NCBI RefSeq assembly: GCF_037893015.1
Contig: NC_133658.1
Location: 742,338,877-742,402,876 of the forward strand
Source: Macrotis lagotis
Lineage: Eukaryota
Direction of reading: 5' to 3'
DNA length: 64,000 nucleotides
The stretch's first letter is position 1, and the number at the start of each line of letters is the position of its first letter. The position numbers and the translations under genes were made by a program. The notes under the pieces were generated by a model. It saw only the letters and a list, made by a program, of their open reading frames with translations. It made no database searches and was not told where the DNA came from. Positions 1-13,220 of the stretch are shown here, piece after piece.

Positions 1-510
1 GGCAACTCTTCAACACAAGAGAATATTCAGTTTAATATGATAGACTATTTGATAGATTCAGTTATGCAAACATTAGGTGAATATTATATACAAGGTACTA
101 TAAGAAGTGCTGAAGAGAGAAAGATGGAAAAACTGCCCCAGGTTTAAGGAATCCATAGTATAATATTAGAAAAAAAAATGACTTAATACACAGATAACTA
201 TTATATGAGTAAGAATATGAAATAATCATAGGAGTGGTCAATCTAAAGGGATAAGCTATTTCAGAAATAGTTCTTTTAGTGGGGATTCAGAGGAAGACTT
301 CATTTTGGAGGTGACACCGAAAACCTGTTTTGAAGAGAAAGATTTCAACAAGCATATGAGGGGCTGGATGCTTTCCATTATTATAGCTTTAATTGATGTT
401 TTTCTTTCTGCAGGTATTAAATATCAACAGTCAGATGTAACAGCTGTCAGCCTCAAGAGCTTTGGCTCTATTTTAACTTATTATTAGTGCTTCAGATTAC
501 AATTTTCCTG

Positions 511-927
511 ATGCCCACTTCTTCAGAATTAAATAGTGGGCAAAATTTTTTAGCTCAGTGGATTTCCAATCCTTCCCGTGCTGGTGTGATACTGAATCGT
601 GGATTTCCTAGTTTGGAAACAGGGAGAGAGAATCAATCAAAGGCAAATATTTCCTCCAGTTTTACTGTTAAAAGTACAGATTTTTCAGACAGTTGCAGCA
701 TCCTAAGTGACGATTCACTTCATGAAGACCAGAGCTTGGACGCATATAGAGTGCAGTCAGAGACAAATCAAACACCTGCAGTCTTTCCTCACATGAAAAA
801 GACACAGTTACTGACGTGTAAAGATGTTCTGGGCCACTGGGAAAATACCAAAACTGATGTTGAACCTGATGTGGTCAATGCCAAAGAAGCAACTTACAGA
901 GATCCACTTTTCAAGAAACTTGAGCAG
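511..927 (+). CDS. CENPJ: CENPJ coding exon (human exon 2 equivalent) containing the start codon; exon begins at about 414 after acceptor tttctttctgcag, so 414-510 is 5'UTR
   Basis: Translation [33 protein letters not shown]...YRDPLFKKLEQ matches the CENPJ N-terminus (human [20 protein letters not shown]...DPLFKKLEQ). First in-frame ATG is at 511. Donor CAG|gtaaac at 927/928. ORF-track entry 487..1080 reads through into the intron. Confidence 0.85.
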
Positions 928-2407
928 GTAAACAATATTTGGCCAGATATATGGATTACTGTAGGTTTTTGTGGACGTGATTTTTCAATGTATTCCCCCC
1001 CCCAAGAAAATTTAAGTGTCTTTTTTTTTAAACTACAAAGAGTATTAATGTTTGTCCTTCATTTTCAAAGGAGACTATGACATCAGGGAGGTGATGCTAT
1101 GAAAAGCACATGAAGAATATTAAACTTACAGGGTTACTATTTACTTCTTCCTCTTTTTTTGTTAATTGAAATTTTATTTAATTTTTCCAATTACATGCAA
1201 AGGTAGCTTTTAACATTTGTCCATTTGCATATAAATGAGTTCCACATTTTTCTACCACTCTCCTCCCTTCCTTTCCCCCTCATCATAGTAGTGAGCAAAC
1301 TGTAAAAATTGTTGTACATGCACAATCTTTACTTATTTTTTTACTTTAGTTTTGTTTTCAGTTATGAATTCTCTTCCTCATTCCTTTGAGAAAGAAAAAC
1401 AAAACTTATTACAAATATGAATTAAGCAAAATAAATTCCTATATTACCCATCTCTAAAATAATGTGCTTCATTTTTGTTCTGAGTCTATCACCTCTCTAT
1501 CTGGAAGTGGATAACAAGCTTTAAAATAAGTAAAGGTCACTAGAAAATTGCTATACTTTTTCAGAGCAAATGGTATCAAAAATTTAGTAATTTGTAATGT
1601 ATAAGTTATCGTATTGTTTTTCTCTATTTATTCTTGAAATAAACACTCAACTATTAGTCATTGTCCTAATAGTCACTAGATCTTTTCTAATTATTTTGAC
1701 TTGTTAGCTTTGGGACAGTAATTCAAATAATTACAGCATGATGCTGCTTACAACAAGGTCATAAACTTCCTACTTGTATGGTCCAGATTGATTTATTCAA
1801 AGGAAAGACTGCCATGGACTTTTAAAAATATATGTGTTTTTGGCTCCAAAGGGTATGGTATACCTTTAGCATAGGTATACTTATTGCTATAGGTATAACC
1901 TATAGCAAATTGCTTTATCTTTCTTGTCCTTAGTTTCCTAATCTGCAAAATGAAGGAAATGGATTCAGTTATCACTAATACCTATTAGCTCTGATGATCA
2001 ATGCCACTATGATTCTATAAATAGGAAGAATTAAAACAAAATTATAATAATTTCTAAGACAAAAATTTAAGACATTAAATAACTAAGGAAAAGTTGGCAA
2101 AAATTGTATTATAGCATGGAAAATAATTAAAAGATAGGTGACCGCTGTACTTGGACCATTTTAGCCGTAAGAGAATGGATTTTGGTCTGCTAGACTAGAA
2201 TTGACATAGCTACATTATTGTTAAATTGTTGCTTTGTTTTTAAAATGATAAAGATACACTTAAACACTTGTTGAACCCCCCTTTAAAAAAGCTTTTTTTC
2301 CTGAGAATGGGGAGGTTTGGGAAGGAATAGAAGAGGATGAAAGAAGAATCACCAGGGCTCTGTGAAGTAACATCAGGTTAATTGAACCAAAAAATGTATT
2401 TGAAAAG

Positions 2408-2531
2408 CTCAAAGAAGTCCAACAGAAGAAGCAGGAAGAGTTGAAGAGGCAGCAATTAGAACAGATCCAGAGGCTCCTGGAAGAGCAAGAGAAACTATTG
2501 ACGATGGTTTCTGGGCAGCAGACACACTCAG
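2408..2531 (+). CDS. CENPJ: CENPJ coding exon 3
   Basis: [41 protein letters not shown](G) matches human [37 protein letters not shown]. Acceptor ag at 2406-2407. Donor G|gtaaca at 2531/2532. Phase 0 in, phase 1 out. Confidence 0.85.
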
Positions 2532-3725
2532 GTAACACTTAGCAGTCATGCATGTGGCTTAGTTACAAAAATGTTTTATCACTTATTTTCTTTCCATTAT
2601 AGTATTTTGATAAATTGTTGTCAACATTATTTTCCCATATATTTAGCTGGCAAAATAGATTATTTTGGGGGGGGTCATAGTGGGATGGTTGTGAATTAAC
2701 ATCTCTTCAGCTACAGTAGGGTACTGGAATTAGGTTCTGACAGTTTTTCTATTTTAAGTTAAAACAGATATTAGACATTTACCTAAAGAAGGTAAATAGC
2801 TTCACTATAATATATTGTATAATGTCTAGCAGAAGGTAACTAGGAAAATGACAGATCTGGAATCAAGTTGTATTTAAAACAGTTAAGTAAAATGGGAATG
2901 TTTAATTAATGTGAGATATAAAAGTGACTCAGCTGTATGAAAGGTTATCAGAATAGCTTAAACTTGTGTTTTTCTTGAGAGCAACTAAAATTAATGGGTC
3001 ACAATTATAGAAAAGCAGATTCTTGCTCAAAGTAAGAAAGAACATCCTAATAAAGAAAGTTGTCTGGCAATTGGGTGAACTCTTAGCCATCTGAATTGTT
3101 TAAGAAGGAGCTGGATGTCAAGTTGCTGATTAAATCCTTTAAAAGTCCCTTCCAATTTTCAGATGGTACAAATAACAAGGGACATAAAGTTGGTAGGGTA
3201 AATTTGAGGTTGGTGTTATTACCTTAGGTTTAGAGCACCTCCCATTTTGACTTCCAGATGCCTGTGGGGTGAGTTGAGATCCCAGGAACAAGGGAAGTGA
3301 TTTTGATAAGGTTTGCCTAGTATTTATTTGACATATTCCTGGGTTACTAATATGACCCTTGTAGGGAATCTTTAATCAACCTTATATCTTTTGGATCCTC
3401 AAAAGCACAGAAGTAGGAATTTTGGAATTAATACTTATGAAATGGAATAATTTTTGATGCTTCAAGAAATGATTAAGAGTATAAAGAACTAAATGTATTT
3501 TCAAGGATGTGCTATTGGGGAAAAATGTACCTTATTATTGAATAATGCTTATTTTTCTGGAATGTGAATGCCAGCAAATATGTCTCTAATTAAAATCATA
3601 TAGAACTTTGTGTTTAAAATTCCAGCAACATTGCAATTAGTTTATGTTATTAAAATGTCACTTTATCTGTATTTCATTTCTGGGGATGTACATGGGTGGA
3701 AGGGACAGGATAGTAGATATATATT

Positions 3726-3888
3726 AATAAAATGAGGGGCAGTTAGGTGGTGCAGTGGATGGAACACTGCCTTGGAGTCAGGAGTGCCTGAGTTTAAATC
3801 CATCTCAGACACTTAATAATTACCCAGCTGTGTGGCCTTGGCAAGCCACTTAACCCTGTTTGCCATGCAAAAACCTAAAAAAAAAATA
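3726..3888 (+). mobile_element. tRNA-derived marsupial SINE copy
   Basis: gggcagttaggtggtgcagtggatggaacactgccttggagtcaggagtgcctgagtttaaatcc...ccacttaaccctgtttgccatgcaaaaacc followed by an A-rich tail. Confidence 0.8.
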
Positions 3889-3947
3889 GCAATAAAATGA
3901 GAAGATTTTTCACAAAATGCTCATTTTGTTTGTATTTTTCTTATAAG

Positions 3948-4253
3948 GCTTGACTTTATTGTCTGAAGATCAGAGCCCCAAATTTGGAACTTCCATTAGT
4001 TCTACTGTTGTTCATACAACCATGCCTTTCTTGTACCAGAATCAAACCAGAGAAAAAACTCATGGTCCTGAAATTTTATCTTGTGCTTCTGTACAAGAAA
4101 GAGAAATTAATCCATGCAAGACCATGAGAGAAGAATGTGTTTTATCTTCAAAAGGTGGTAGTACTTCTCCAGACTTTTTTCATGAGGCACAATGTCAAGA
4201 AGCATGTGTAAAAACACAGAATGATTTGAAAGAAGAAAATAAAAATAATACAG
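3948..4253 (+). CDS. CENPJ: CENPJ coding exon 4
   Basis: Acceptor ttcttataag|gc at 3946-3947. Translation (G)LTLLSEDQSPKFGTS...KEENKNNT(G). Donor CAG|gtgagc at 4253/4254. The phase links exon 3 to exon 5 (1 nt in, 1 nt out). Confidence 0.8.
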
Positions 4254-4326
4254 GTGAGCTAGCTTTTGAAATTAGTGCCTTTAATTCTAAACAGTATTTT
4301 GAATCTCTTCTAAAATTTCTGTTTTG

Positions 4327-4490
4327 GGGCGGCTAGGTGGCACAGTGGATAAAGCACCGGCCCTGGAGTCAGTAGTACCTGGGTTTAAATCTGGTCTCAG
4401 ACATTTAATAATTACCTAGCTCTGTGGCCTTGGGCAAGCCACTTAACCCTATTTGCCTTGCAAAAAAACTCCAAAAAACCAAAAACCTAA
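4327..4490 (+). mobile_element. tRNA-derived SINE copy (overlaps the false extension of ORF 3950..4336)
   Basis: ggggcggctaggtggcacagtggataaagcaccggccctggagtcag...ccacttaaccctatttgccttgcaaaaaaa. Confidence 0.85.
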
Positions 4491-5275
4491 AATTCCTGTT
4501 TTGCCTCCCCTTTTCTGTCTGTCTGCTTCTCCCCTTCCTATTCCCTCCTACTCCGAGACCACCCTCTCATCTACCCCCTCCTGCCCTCCACAAGATTTGA
4601 TTGTTTACAGTAGCAAGGTCCAGTAGGTGGCCAAGTCACAAAGTTTAGGCTGGACACCAGAGCTGGCTACAGGTTTTTTCACTTTTTTCGCTGGCATTTG
4701 TTAATTTTAAACAATTTTAAACTTTGTGTAATATAGACTTTTCCAAGTGAGATAAAAGTTTCTAAGCTCACTGGGAGAGAATAGGCACATTTTGAATATA
4801 TGTAATTGTTTTTTCCTCTTAACCACATAATAAGACAGTGTGGTAGTGTGGAAAAGACTTTAATTCTAGGCCCAGCCCTGCTCCTTACTAGCTATATATG
4901 TCTTTTAAAGAATCAAAGTCTCTAAACTTTGGTTTTGTCATATCTTGCATTATCTCCAATTCATATTAGGATCACATGAGAGAGAGGATATATATGTGAA
5001 ATCACTTTGAAAACTAACATGCTATTACTAAAACTTTGAGAAGTCTGGTTTCTTTGGTACTAATATTATGTGATTTATTTTTGGTTTGATTTGTAGCCTG
5101 AATCCTTTGGTCTCCTGCTTTTGAGCCTATCAAGCTTTCAATGTATCGCACAACTATACTTGAATTTTGTACAGTTTTAGAATTTTAATAACCTTTATTT
5201 TGGTTTTATTTGAATTTGAAAGTTTGTGACAAGTTTGCATATCTCCAACTAAATATTTCCCAATTCATATCGTAG

Positions 5276-5417
5276 GGGGAAGTATACTACCATGTTGGGA
5301 GAAAATGACAGAACAGTTACCAGAAGGGAAAGAGGTTACAAACTCAAAAAAACCTGGTGATTCCTCTGATATTAACAATGGAAGAAAACTGTTAGCAGTG
5401 TCTAGTATTGAAGAAAG
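5276..5417 (+). CDS. CENPJ: CENPJ coding exon 5
   Basis: Acceptor atatcgtag|gg at 5274-5275. Translation GGSILPCWEKMTEQLPEGKEVTNSKKPGDSSDINNGRKLLAVSSIEE(R). Donor AG|gtatct at 5417/5418. Phase-consistent: ends with 2 nt. Confidence 0.75.
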
Positions 5418-8400
5418 GTATCTATGTTGATTAACAGATATTACATGTATTTTTATTTGTATCAAGGTACTACAAGCTGAATATGAGTTATTTGTTAAGA
5501 GGTAGGCAATCCTTTTACTTAATCATGAAGATTATTTTTTAGTTCAATTAAAAACAGTTAGTATGTACATACTTTATACAAGGTATTATGCTGGGTATGT
5601 AAAGATTAAAAAAATACTCATTCTGTTGGAGAAATAAAATCCATAGACGTAAGTATAATGTTAGGTGAAGTATCATAAGGGCTTGGGAGAGAAGACTTTT
5701 AGCTGGGCTGTTAGGAAAGGGCTATTGAGAAGAAGTTGTTAGTTGAATCTTTAAGGAAGAGAAAAATCCTAAAAGGTGAACATATGGAGGGAGTATACTC
5801 TTAATTTGGGGGGAGGGGCAGGACAGACTGTGTGGATGTACTTGTGGGACATGGCATTGAAGTTCTGGGAACAGTATGTAGTGCAATTTGGTTATTATAT
5901 AAACTGTAAAGGTCAGTAGTGTGAAAATAAGAAAGAATGGTAGGGTCTAACTGTGGAAGAACTTAAATTTTAGAATAATGAGATTGTAGCTTATCCTCTG
6001 GGCCAAAATTTTTTGGATCATACAAGTTAGCAAATTAACTTTTACAGAGAAAAGAGAAGAGAAACCAGGACAGAGGTTTGATGGAACACCCAAATTTAGG
6101 AAATGCAGTGTGAATGATGATCCTGCAAGGGAGTGGTCAAATAGCTAGCAGAAGGAAGGGAGAAAGCAGTTTCAGAGCAACATAGAGGGGAGAGGGTGGT
6201 CATTTATGTTCAAATGCAGCAGAGAGACATTGTTAAAAGGATGAAGATTAAGAAAAGGACATTAGTTTTAACAATCAAGATCACTGCTAACTTTGAAGAG
6301 AGAACTTTCATTTGGATGGGGAGTTAAGGATAAGAGGATTGTGATCCTGGGAGAACACATGGAAAGGTGCTTCCCTTTCCTACCCCTAAAGAAATAGAGA
6401 CATTCAGATGAGTATTGGCATCTGGGGAAAATATGGCATCCAGCCATATTTAAATATCCTAGGTTATTCCTTTCTATTGAAAAATGAAAATTATGTATAT
6501 GTGGGGAGGGTTGGTAGGGGTTTATTGTTTTCTGCTGTGAAGCATGAAGCCTCCTTCTGTGGTGTTCTAGGGGAATTGGGTATGGGGTCACTAGGGACAA
6601 TGGTATTAGAATTATTCTGTGCAACTTTTTAAGTTGCTTGGGATAGAATATACATTGTCTACCCTTAAAGGTCCAGTCTCAGTGAAGTCACAGGTCAGCT
6701 GTGAGAAGGAGGTATAGAAGAGTCATGGTATTGTGTAAGACACAAATCCATTATTGATTATGGCAGGGGAGGATAGAATGCAACACATATTTCCACTCTC
6801 TTGTTGATCATCCACCCTTTAGGACCATTACATAGTTTTTACTTTGGCCTTCTATAGGCCAAAGTTTGAAAGCTTTTGAGCAGAGGAATCAAGATATTCT
6901 GAAAGGATAAATACTGGAGGTAGGGAAACCATTTGGGAGGCTAGAGAGTAGAGATAGATGTATACACTTAATAGCTCTATTTCCTTCTTTCTCACTGTCT
7001 CCTCAGTTCTTTGCAATCTAGATTTTTGACTCTTTGCAGACTAGATAATAGCTCAACTGAAAATACTTTCTAGTATTTTTTTCAGTTTTTATAACCTCTG
7101 CTGTTGACACTGTTGAATACCCTTTCCTCTTGGTTACTCTCTCCTCTTTGGAGGAATTTTGATCCTGTTCACTTCTGGTTCTCCACCTTGTATAACCATT
7201 CTTTCTCAGTCTCTTTTGCTGGCTCATCCATATCACAACATTTAACCATGAATATGTCCTGGGCCTTTTTTCCTCCCTAATCTCTCTGGCTAGGCAACTT
7301 CATTGGGTCCCATAGACTTAACTGTCAGCTCTAAGTTAAGGACTCCTAGATCTATATTCCTGCTCAGTCCCCTCATCTTCAGTTCTGTATCATTGCTTGT
7401 TTATTATACATTTCAAAATGGATGCTCCAGAGGCATCTCAAACTCAACTTGACCAAATCAGAACTCCTTGTGACCTCCATTTTCCTTTCACAGACCTATC
7501 CCTCTTCTAGTTCTCTTTATTCCTGCTGAAGATGCCACCATTCTGACAGACACCTAACATAATCTTGTCAGAAAATTCAATTCCTACCTCTTCCTCACAT
7601 ATTCACTCAATTGACATATTTTGTCATTCTTCCTTCTACAACATCTCTCCTCTCACATGGTTACCACCAGACCTCCTTACCTCTTGCCTAGATTATGGCA
7701 AAGGCCTCTAACCTCTTTCCCTGCCTCCAGGTTAATCTCCATTCTGTTGCTAAAGTGTTGTTCTCTTAGTGTAGATATCTCTATGTCCCTCTCCTATTCA
7801 TTCTATTGCAGTGGGTGCTCTAGGGTAACAAACTTCACTATTTAGCTTTTAAAAGCACTTCGCAATGTTGTCCCAATCTATGGTCCCTTACAGTTTCTTA
7901 TTAGACATTTTATTTCCTCCTGCACCCAGCCTTTGTAATGGCTATCCCCTATACCTGGAATAGACTTTTTGTTTCCATTTCCCAGATACAGCTCAAGGAC
8001 CTTCTTCTACATGAAGGCTTTCATGATCCTTTCCAACTCTAATTTCCTCTCTCCCCTCCCCCACCCCTTCACTTGCTTGTCTTTACTACTTTGTAGTTAT
8101 TTCATCTATTTGACTGTACACTGGTTTGTCTTCTTGGAAGATTAGGATTTTTTCATTCCTTGTGTTTGCATCATCAGGTTTTTGTATAGTTCCTAGTATT
8201 TAGTAGTCAATAAATACTTATTGATTGGGTGGATGCAATTAGATGTTATCAATGTAGAAATGGCAAGATACAGTAACTGAGGGAGAGGAAAGATGCCTGA
8301 GATTCTGGCCTGGATGACTCACTTTCCAAATAGATGAGGAAATTGATCCTTACAAAGAAGAACTTGACCAAGGTTGCATAGTAAATGCCAGTATGATTCT

Positions 8401-9880
8401 TTGCATGATATTCTTGGGGAAACTGTCAGTAAAAGCTGGTCCAGGGTTGAACAACTGATAAGTAAGAAGCCTGTAATTAGGCATAATTAACAGTGAGGAA
8501 GCCCTCCTTTCCCACTGAGTTGTTGGAAGGTAAAAGTGAGAACATGGGTTCCCCAAACTTTGAAAGCTTCATAGTGTTTTACAAATAATGGTTTTTATTT
8601 TTGTGATGGTTTTTGTTTTCAATCATTATTGTTGTTACTATTATCATTTTCTAAAGCAGGGGCTTTTAGATTTTTTTTTTGTGTCACAGACTTCATTGAC
8701 AATCCAATGAATTCTATCCTCAGGATGTTTTTTAAAAACTCATAATTGTAGGAAATACTAAATTTCAGTTAGAGCCTAGAAAAAATAAAGACATTATTTT
8801 GTTCCCATTCTTGTTTACTGAATCCCTGAAATCTATCCATGAATCCCAGTTAACCTCAGCTCTTAAAGACTTGAGTATTTTAAGAATAACTCAGCCAAAA
8901 TAGAATAAATAAATGACAACCATAACAAAAATATTCTGGGAGACTGAGAGGTTCATAGTGCTATCAATAGAAAGCGTATGAGTTTATTCAGTATTAAACA
9001 AGAATGAGTTTGAAGAGCTGGTGGAATATCCAGAGAGATCCAACAGGAAGTTAGAGCTCTGGGACTGCAGTGAGAGGAGAGATTAGGACTAGGTATATTG
9101 ATTTCACCATATATAGAGGTGAGAATTGAATCCTTGGAATCAGATGAGACTATCAAAGGGAGAGGGGATAAAAAAAACAGAAGAAGACACCAGGAAAGAT
9201 AATTATATAAAGAAGAATGAGGAGTATTCAGATAGGTGGGAGGAGAACCAGGTTGAGAGCAGAGGTACTGGAGCCCTTTAGAGGGAGGAAGTCAGTCTTG
9301 TTGAATATTGCAGCAAGGAAATCTAATTCTGCTATTTTTTCCTTACTTGATTTAGCTTTTTTGGCATAAAGTTGAATATGAAACTTGATGCTTAATGATT
9401 AGCTTGTAAAGGAGAGCTAGCAAATCTGATAGTTTTGGTGATAAGTGCCTAAATGAAATAATCTTAGCTGTACAATTTCTGTCATAAATTTCAGACAGAA
9501 TCTTTCTTTGGAAAAAAGAAAAAAGCAAAAATACAAAAATTCACATATTTGGTAGCATTTTCCAATTTTAATTGACTAATTAGCTATAAATCCTAACAGG
9601 GTGGATGATTTAAAAGTTTTTATCACATTGTTAAATGTTAATGGTTTTTTATAAAGCTTTTTATATTTCTAAAGGTAATAATTATATGAACTTTTTGTGA
9701 TCTGTTGTGTTAGAGTGTTAATATATTAGATTTATTTGCTTAGATTTTTGTTTCTTAAAAATGGTTTATTAAATAGAAAATAACGTTTTAAAGTTTTAAA
9801 ATTATTGTTTTTAGAAATCTCAATGTGAAATGTTTTACCATCAGGACTTATTTGCATCATAATTTTATTTTCATTATTAG

Positions 9881-9983
9881 GCCAATTAAAGCTGCTATCA
9901 GAGAAAGAAAACAGACATATGAAGAATTCTTAGAGGAACAGATTCAGATAGAAGAACAAGAACTGAAACAGAAACATCTACAG
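9881..9983 (+). CDS. CENPJ: CENPJ coding exon 6
   Basis: Acceptor tcattattag|g. Translation (R)[34 protein letters not shown] matches human [32 protein letters not shown]. Donor CAG|gttagc at 9983/9984. Confidence 0.9.
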
Positions 9984-10120
9984 GTTAGCATTTCAGATGT
10001 TTTGACTAAAAATATTCCAAACCTTTAAAAATTGAGCATTATTATATAACTTACTTTAAATGTACATTGAGTATTACTCAGTAATGTGAAAAATTAATTA
10101 AAATATTTTTTGATTTCTAG

Positions 10121-11741
10121 GAAGCAGAAATGTCATTGCTGACTAAAGCAGTACCTAAACGACCATTTTTAAAACGAGGAGAAGGCCTAGCTAGGTTTAC
10201 TAATGCTAAATCTAAATTTCAGAAAACAAAAGAGAGTAAATTAATGATTCATCAATGCATGCCAGAAGAACAATCTGTATTTAAAGCAGACAGACAACAA
10301 ATGCAGCGGAAAACTGCACTTGTAAATAAGGAACTAGTTACAGAGATGAAAAAGAGTAACCACATCAGAGCCAAGACCAATTCTGCTGCACTTTCTCAGA
10401 AATCAAAAGTACTTAGGAATAATAATGGAAAAATTATTTCTCCATCAAAAATGAAAATACAAATTGGGAAGAAATTTGATGGACAGTTTAGTAATCAGAT
10501 AAAGTTAGAGAAAACCAGTAAGTTAGAACCTAATAAGGAAAATATACCAGAGTATACCAAACCCTTTGAAATTGGCTGCAGAGTCAGAAATAAGTCACAA
10601 TGTATTGAAAAGCCTCTTGTTTCTACAGAACTGAACAATTCCACTTCTGTTAATAAAAGCTCTATGGGTCATATTGTAAAAGAGCCTGAATTTTCCTTTG
10701 AAATTTCATTTCAGAAGAAATTAGATAATTGGGAAAAGGAAAAAGAAAAGGAAAATTTGGAGTTAGATGAATTTTTGTTCTTGGAACAAGCTGCTGATGA
10801 AATATCATTCTCTAGTAATTCCTCATTTGTATTAAAAATCTTAGAAAGAGACCAACAGACGAGCACAGGACATCGAATGTCTTCTACCCCTGTCAAATCA
10901 GGGCAGCAAGTGAAAACAGATGTAACAGATATTGTTACTCCATACAATCAAAATGAAAAATTGGACCATATCAAACAAGATAAGAATATGTGTGAAATAA
11001 CAAAACCTCTTGAATTGGAAGCATCACCTCTTAATTTAAAGGAACAGTCCAGCAAACTCAGCAGAAAAGCATTTCAAACTACTACTTCTGAGAATCAGAT
11101 TGAATGGAATTTAAGTGAGGATGAAGATGATGGCAATAGTGCTATCAGCAGTGACTATGAAGAGCAACTGGATAGCACCATAAAAGCAACAAATGAAGAT
11201 ATTAAAAAAATTTTCAGCAGCAGCAGAGAAGATAAACCAGAGAAGGGTGATGATAAAGGACCTTTCAGAGATACTAGGAAAGAGGGTAAAAGTAGGGATA
11301 TTGATCTGGATTTGTCAGATAAAGATGATAGCAGTGATGAATCCATTGTGGTAGAAAGCATGAATGTTAACATTCCTGAGATTTCAAGAAGGGCATCAGG
11401 TACAAATATGAATAAAATTGACTTTGATGATGAGAGAACATGGACTGACCTTGAAGAAAATGAAAGTAAACACGATATACTTGGGAGTGAAGATGTTAAT
11501 GGGCTTCCACTGATAAACTGTTGTCGTAGAATTGAAATGGCTAATATGGATAAAGCAATAAAAAGGAAGGTTGCGCCCATAAAGAAGGGTGATGATTTAT
11601 GTAAATCCAATAAGAGTGTAAGTCCTCCTCCTACTTCTGATCTGATGATGAAACTCTTTCCTTCCCTGAAGCCTAAATCTCAGTCGGACTCACATTTAGC
11701 ATCTGAATCTGAATTAAATAAAAATCAAGAACAACCATTTG
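10121..11741 (+). CDS. CENPJ: CENPJ large coding exon (human exon 7 equivalent, 1621 nt)
   Basis: Acceptor tgatttctag|gaagcagaaATG. Translation EAEMSLLTKAVPKRPFLKRGEGLARFTNAKSKFQK...DEFLFLEQAADEISFSSNSSFVLKILERDQQ...FDDERTWTDLEEN...SDLMMKLFPSLKPKSQSDSHL...QPF(G) closely matches human CENPJ. Donor G|gtaagc at 11741/11742. The 540-aa ORF 10130..11752 in the track is this exon. Confidence 0.95.
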
Positions 11742-12358
11742 GTAAGCCTTAATATTATAAGAAACTAAAGATTTATCAAATGCTACAAAGCCTAAATTTG
11801 TTGTGATTTCTGTTTAGAAAGATGAGCTATTTGAAGCCCCAAGCTTTCCTTTCACTGATGCTTGAAAATCATATTTTTATTGCATACTCCAATGTAAAGT
11901 TCTATTGAGGTACCTCCTCACCAAAGATGTACAAGTTATAATCTGGGCCCTTGTGGAGTTTACTGTTCAGGAGGATACATACCATGTATACAAATCCATA
12001 TAGTTAGATGTAGTCAGGCATCAAGAAAGTGGTCCAGGAGCATAGTGGAAGAAAGTTTATTTAGTAGAACAGTGTTATACTCTAGTAAAAGGATTTAGAA
12101 GAAAATAAGAGTGATAAGATCTGTCACTTTTTACTTTTCTGATCCTATGTGTCAGTCATTCATTTGCAACCCAATATTCTAATACCTTTCAAAAACAAAA
12201 AGTATTCAACTTCTGGTTTTTGCCACTTAGAGAAAGTTTGAAGGAATACTTGCTTATAAAGCCTCATTTCATCCCATTCTCTCTTTGGAGGAGCAGATTT
12301 TTAATTTAATAACTGAAGATTTCTGCCTTTATTCAGCAAATTTGAGAGATGAAAATGA

Positions 12359-12360
<2 letters not shown>

Positions 12361-12447
<87 letters not shown>
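12361..12447. repeat. Compound microsatellite (GT)23(GA)20 in CENPJ intron 7
   Basis: gtgtgt... run at 12361-12407 abuts gagaga... at 12408-12447. ORF-track entries 12285..12497 and 12301..12609 are artefacts of it. Confidence 0.95.
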
Positions 12448-12450
<3 letters not shown>

Positions 12451-12740
12451 TCTGTTTGCCCAGCACATTAAATTTGCATTGTTCAGCTCATAATTAGATT
12501 TTTGACTGTATATAACTTTAAATGCCCTGCATATGGTATAAGTAGTTAATGATAGAATTTTCAACATTTCAAGGTGGAGTAATATTAAGTCAATTTTTAT
12601 TATTTTCATTAACTGGAGTAGATTTTGTAAGTCAATTTAACTCTCAAGTGCCTACATAATGTTTTCATTTAATAATGGCAATATATTACAATAAATTTTC
12701 TAATCAAAGCTCAGCATTTATATTACTTAATATGTTGTAG

Positions 12741-12876
12741 GTGATGATGGTATTCGCTCACAAGTTTTAAGAGAGAAAGTTGTTGAGTTGGAAACAGAAA
12801 TTGAAAGATTTAAAGCTGAAAATACTTCATTAGCTAAACTCCGCAATGAAAGAGAAAATGCCTTAGAAAATCTCAG
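12741..12876 (+). CDS. CENPJ: CENPJ coding exon 8
   Basis: Acceptor tatgttgtag|gt. Translation (G)[44 protein letters not shown](R) matches human [44 protein letters not shown]. Donor AG|gtatgt. Confidence 0.9.
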
Positions 12877-13220
12877 GTATGTTGTGGATCTCTAGAGTAT
12901 AATCAGTGTGATGCGTTGACTAAGGGTGGTGCATATGATTTTCACTAGGAATAGACTTAAAAGCAATTAAATACTGCAGAGCTCTATGTTTGGTGGCCAA
13001 CAAAAATGTCAAGGTTTTTCCATAAGGATCTAGTGATAATTGAGTTTTTCAATTAAGGCAATAGTTATCTTCAAGCAATTCTTAAGGATTCTTAGTACAA
13101 TTCTTTCATTATGAAAGGCAAGGGTCAAAAAAGTTTATAATAGCTCACATAATACTTGAAATCAGTGTATGGCTTCTTAAGTTTCATTGTTTAACTTCTA
13201 GCATAAAGAATCTACTTAGG

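Noticed and set aside
487-1080. 197-aa ORF in the track extending past position 927
   Set aside because: Only 511-927 is coding (CENPJ exon 2). Beyond the GT donor at 928 the ORF reads into intron sequence with low-complexity poly-C/poly-T, and the track's first codon is a GTG called as M.
2260-2538. 92-aa minus-strand ORF
   Set aside because: It is the antisense shadow of CENPJ exon 3 (a coiled-coil, lysine/glutamate-rich exon gives an open antisense frame) and has no splice or homology support.
10711-11610. Minus-strand ORFs 10711..10947 and 11155..11610 inside the large CENPJ exon
   Set aside because: They are antisense to a strongly supported coding exon. The serine/leucine-rich translation is typical of the antisense of acidic, lysine-rich coding sequence.
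12285-12609. ORFs encoding CVCVCV.../RERERE... and SLSLSL.../HTHTHT...
   Set aside because: They are translation artefacts of the (GT)n(GA)n microsatellite.
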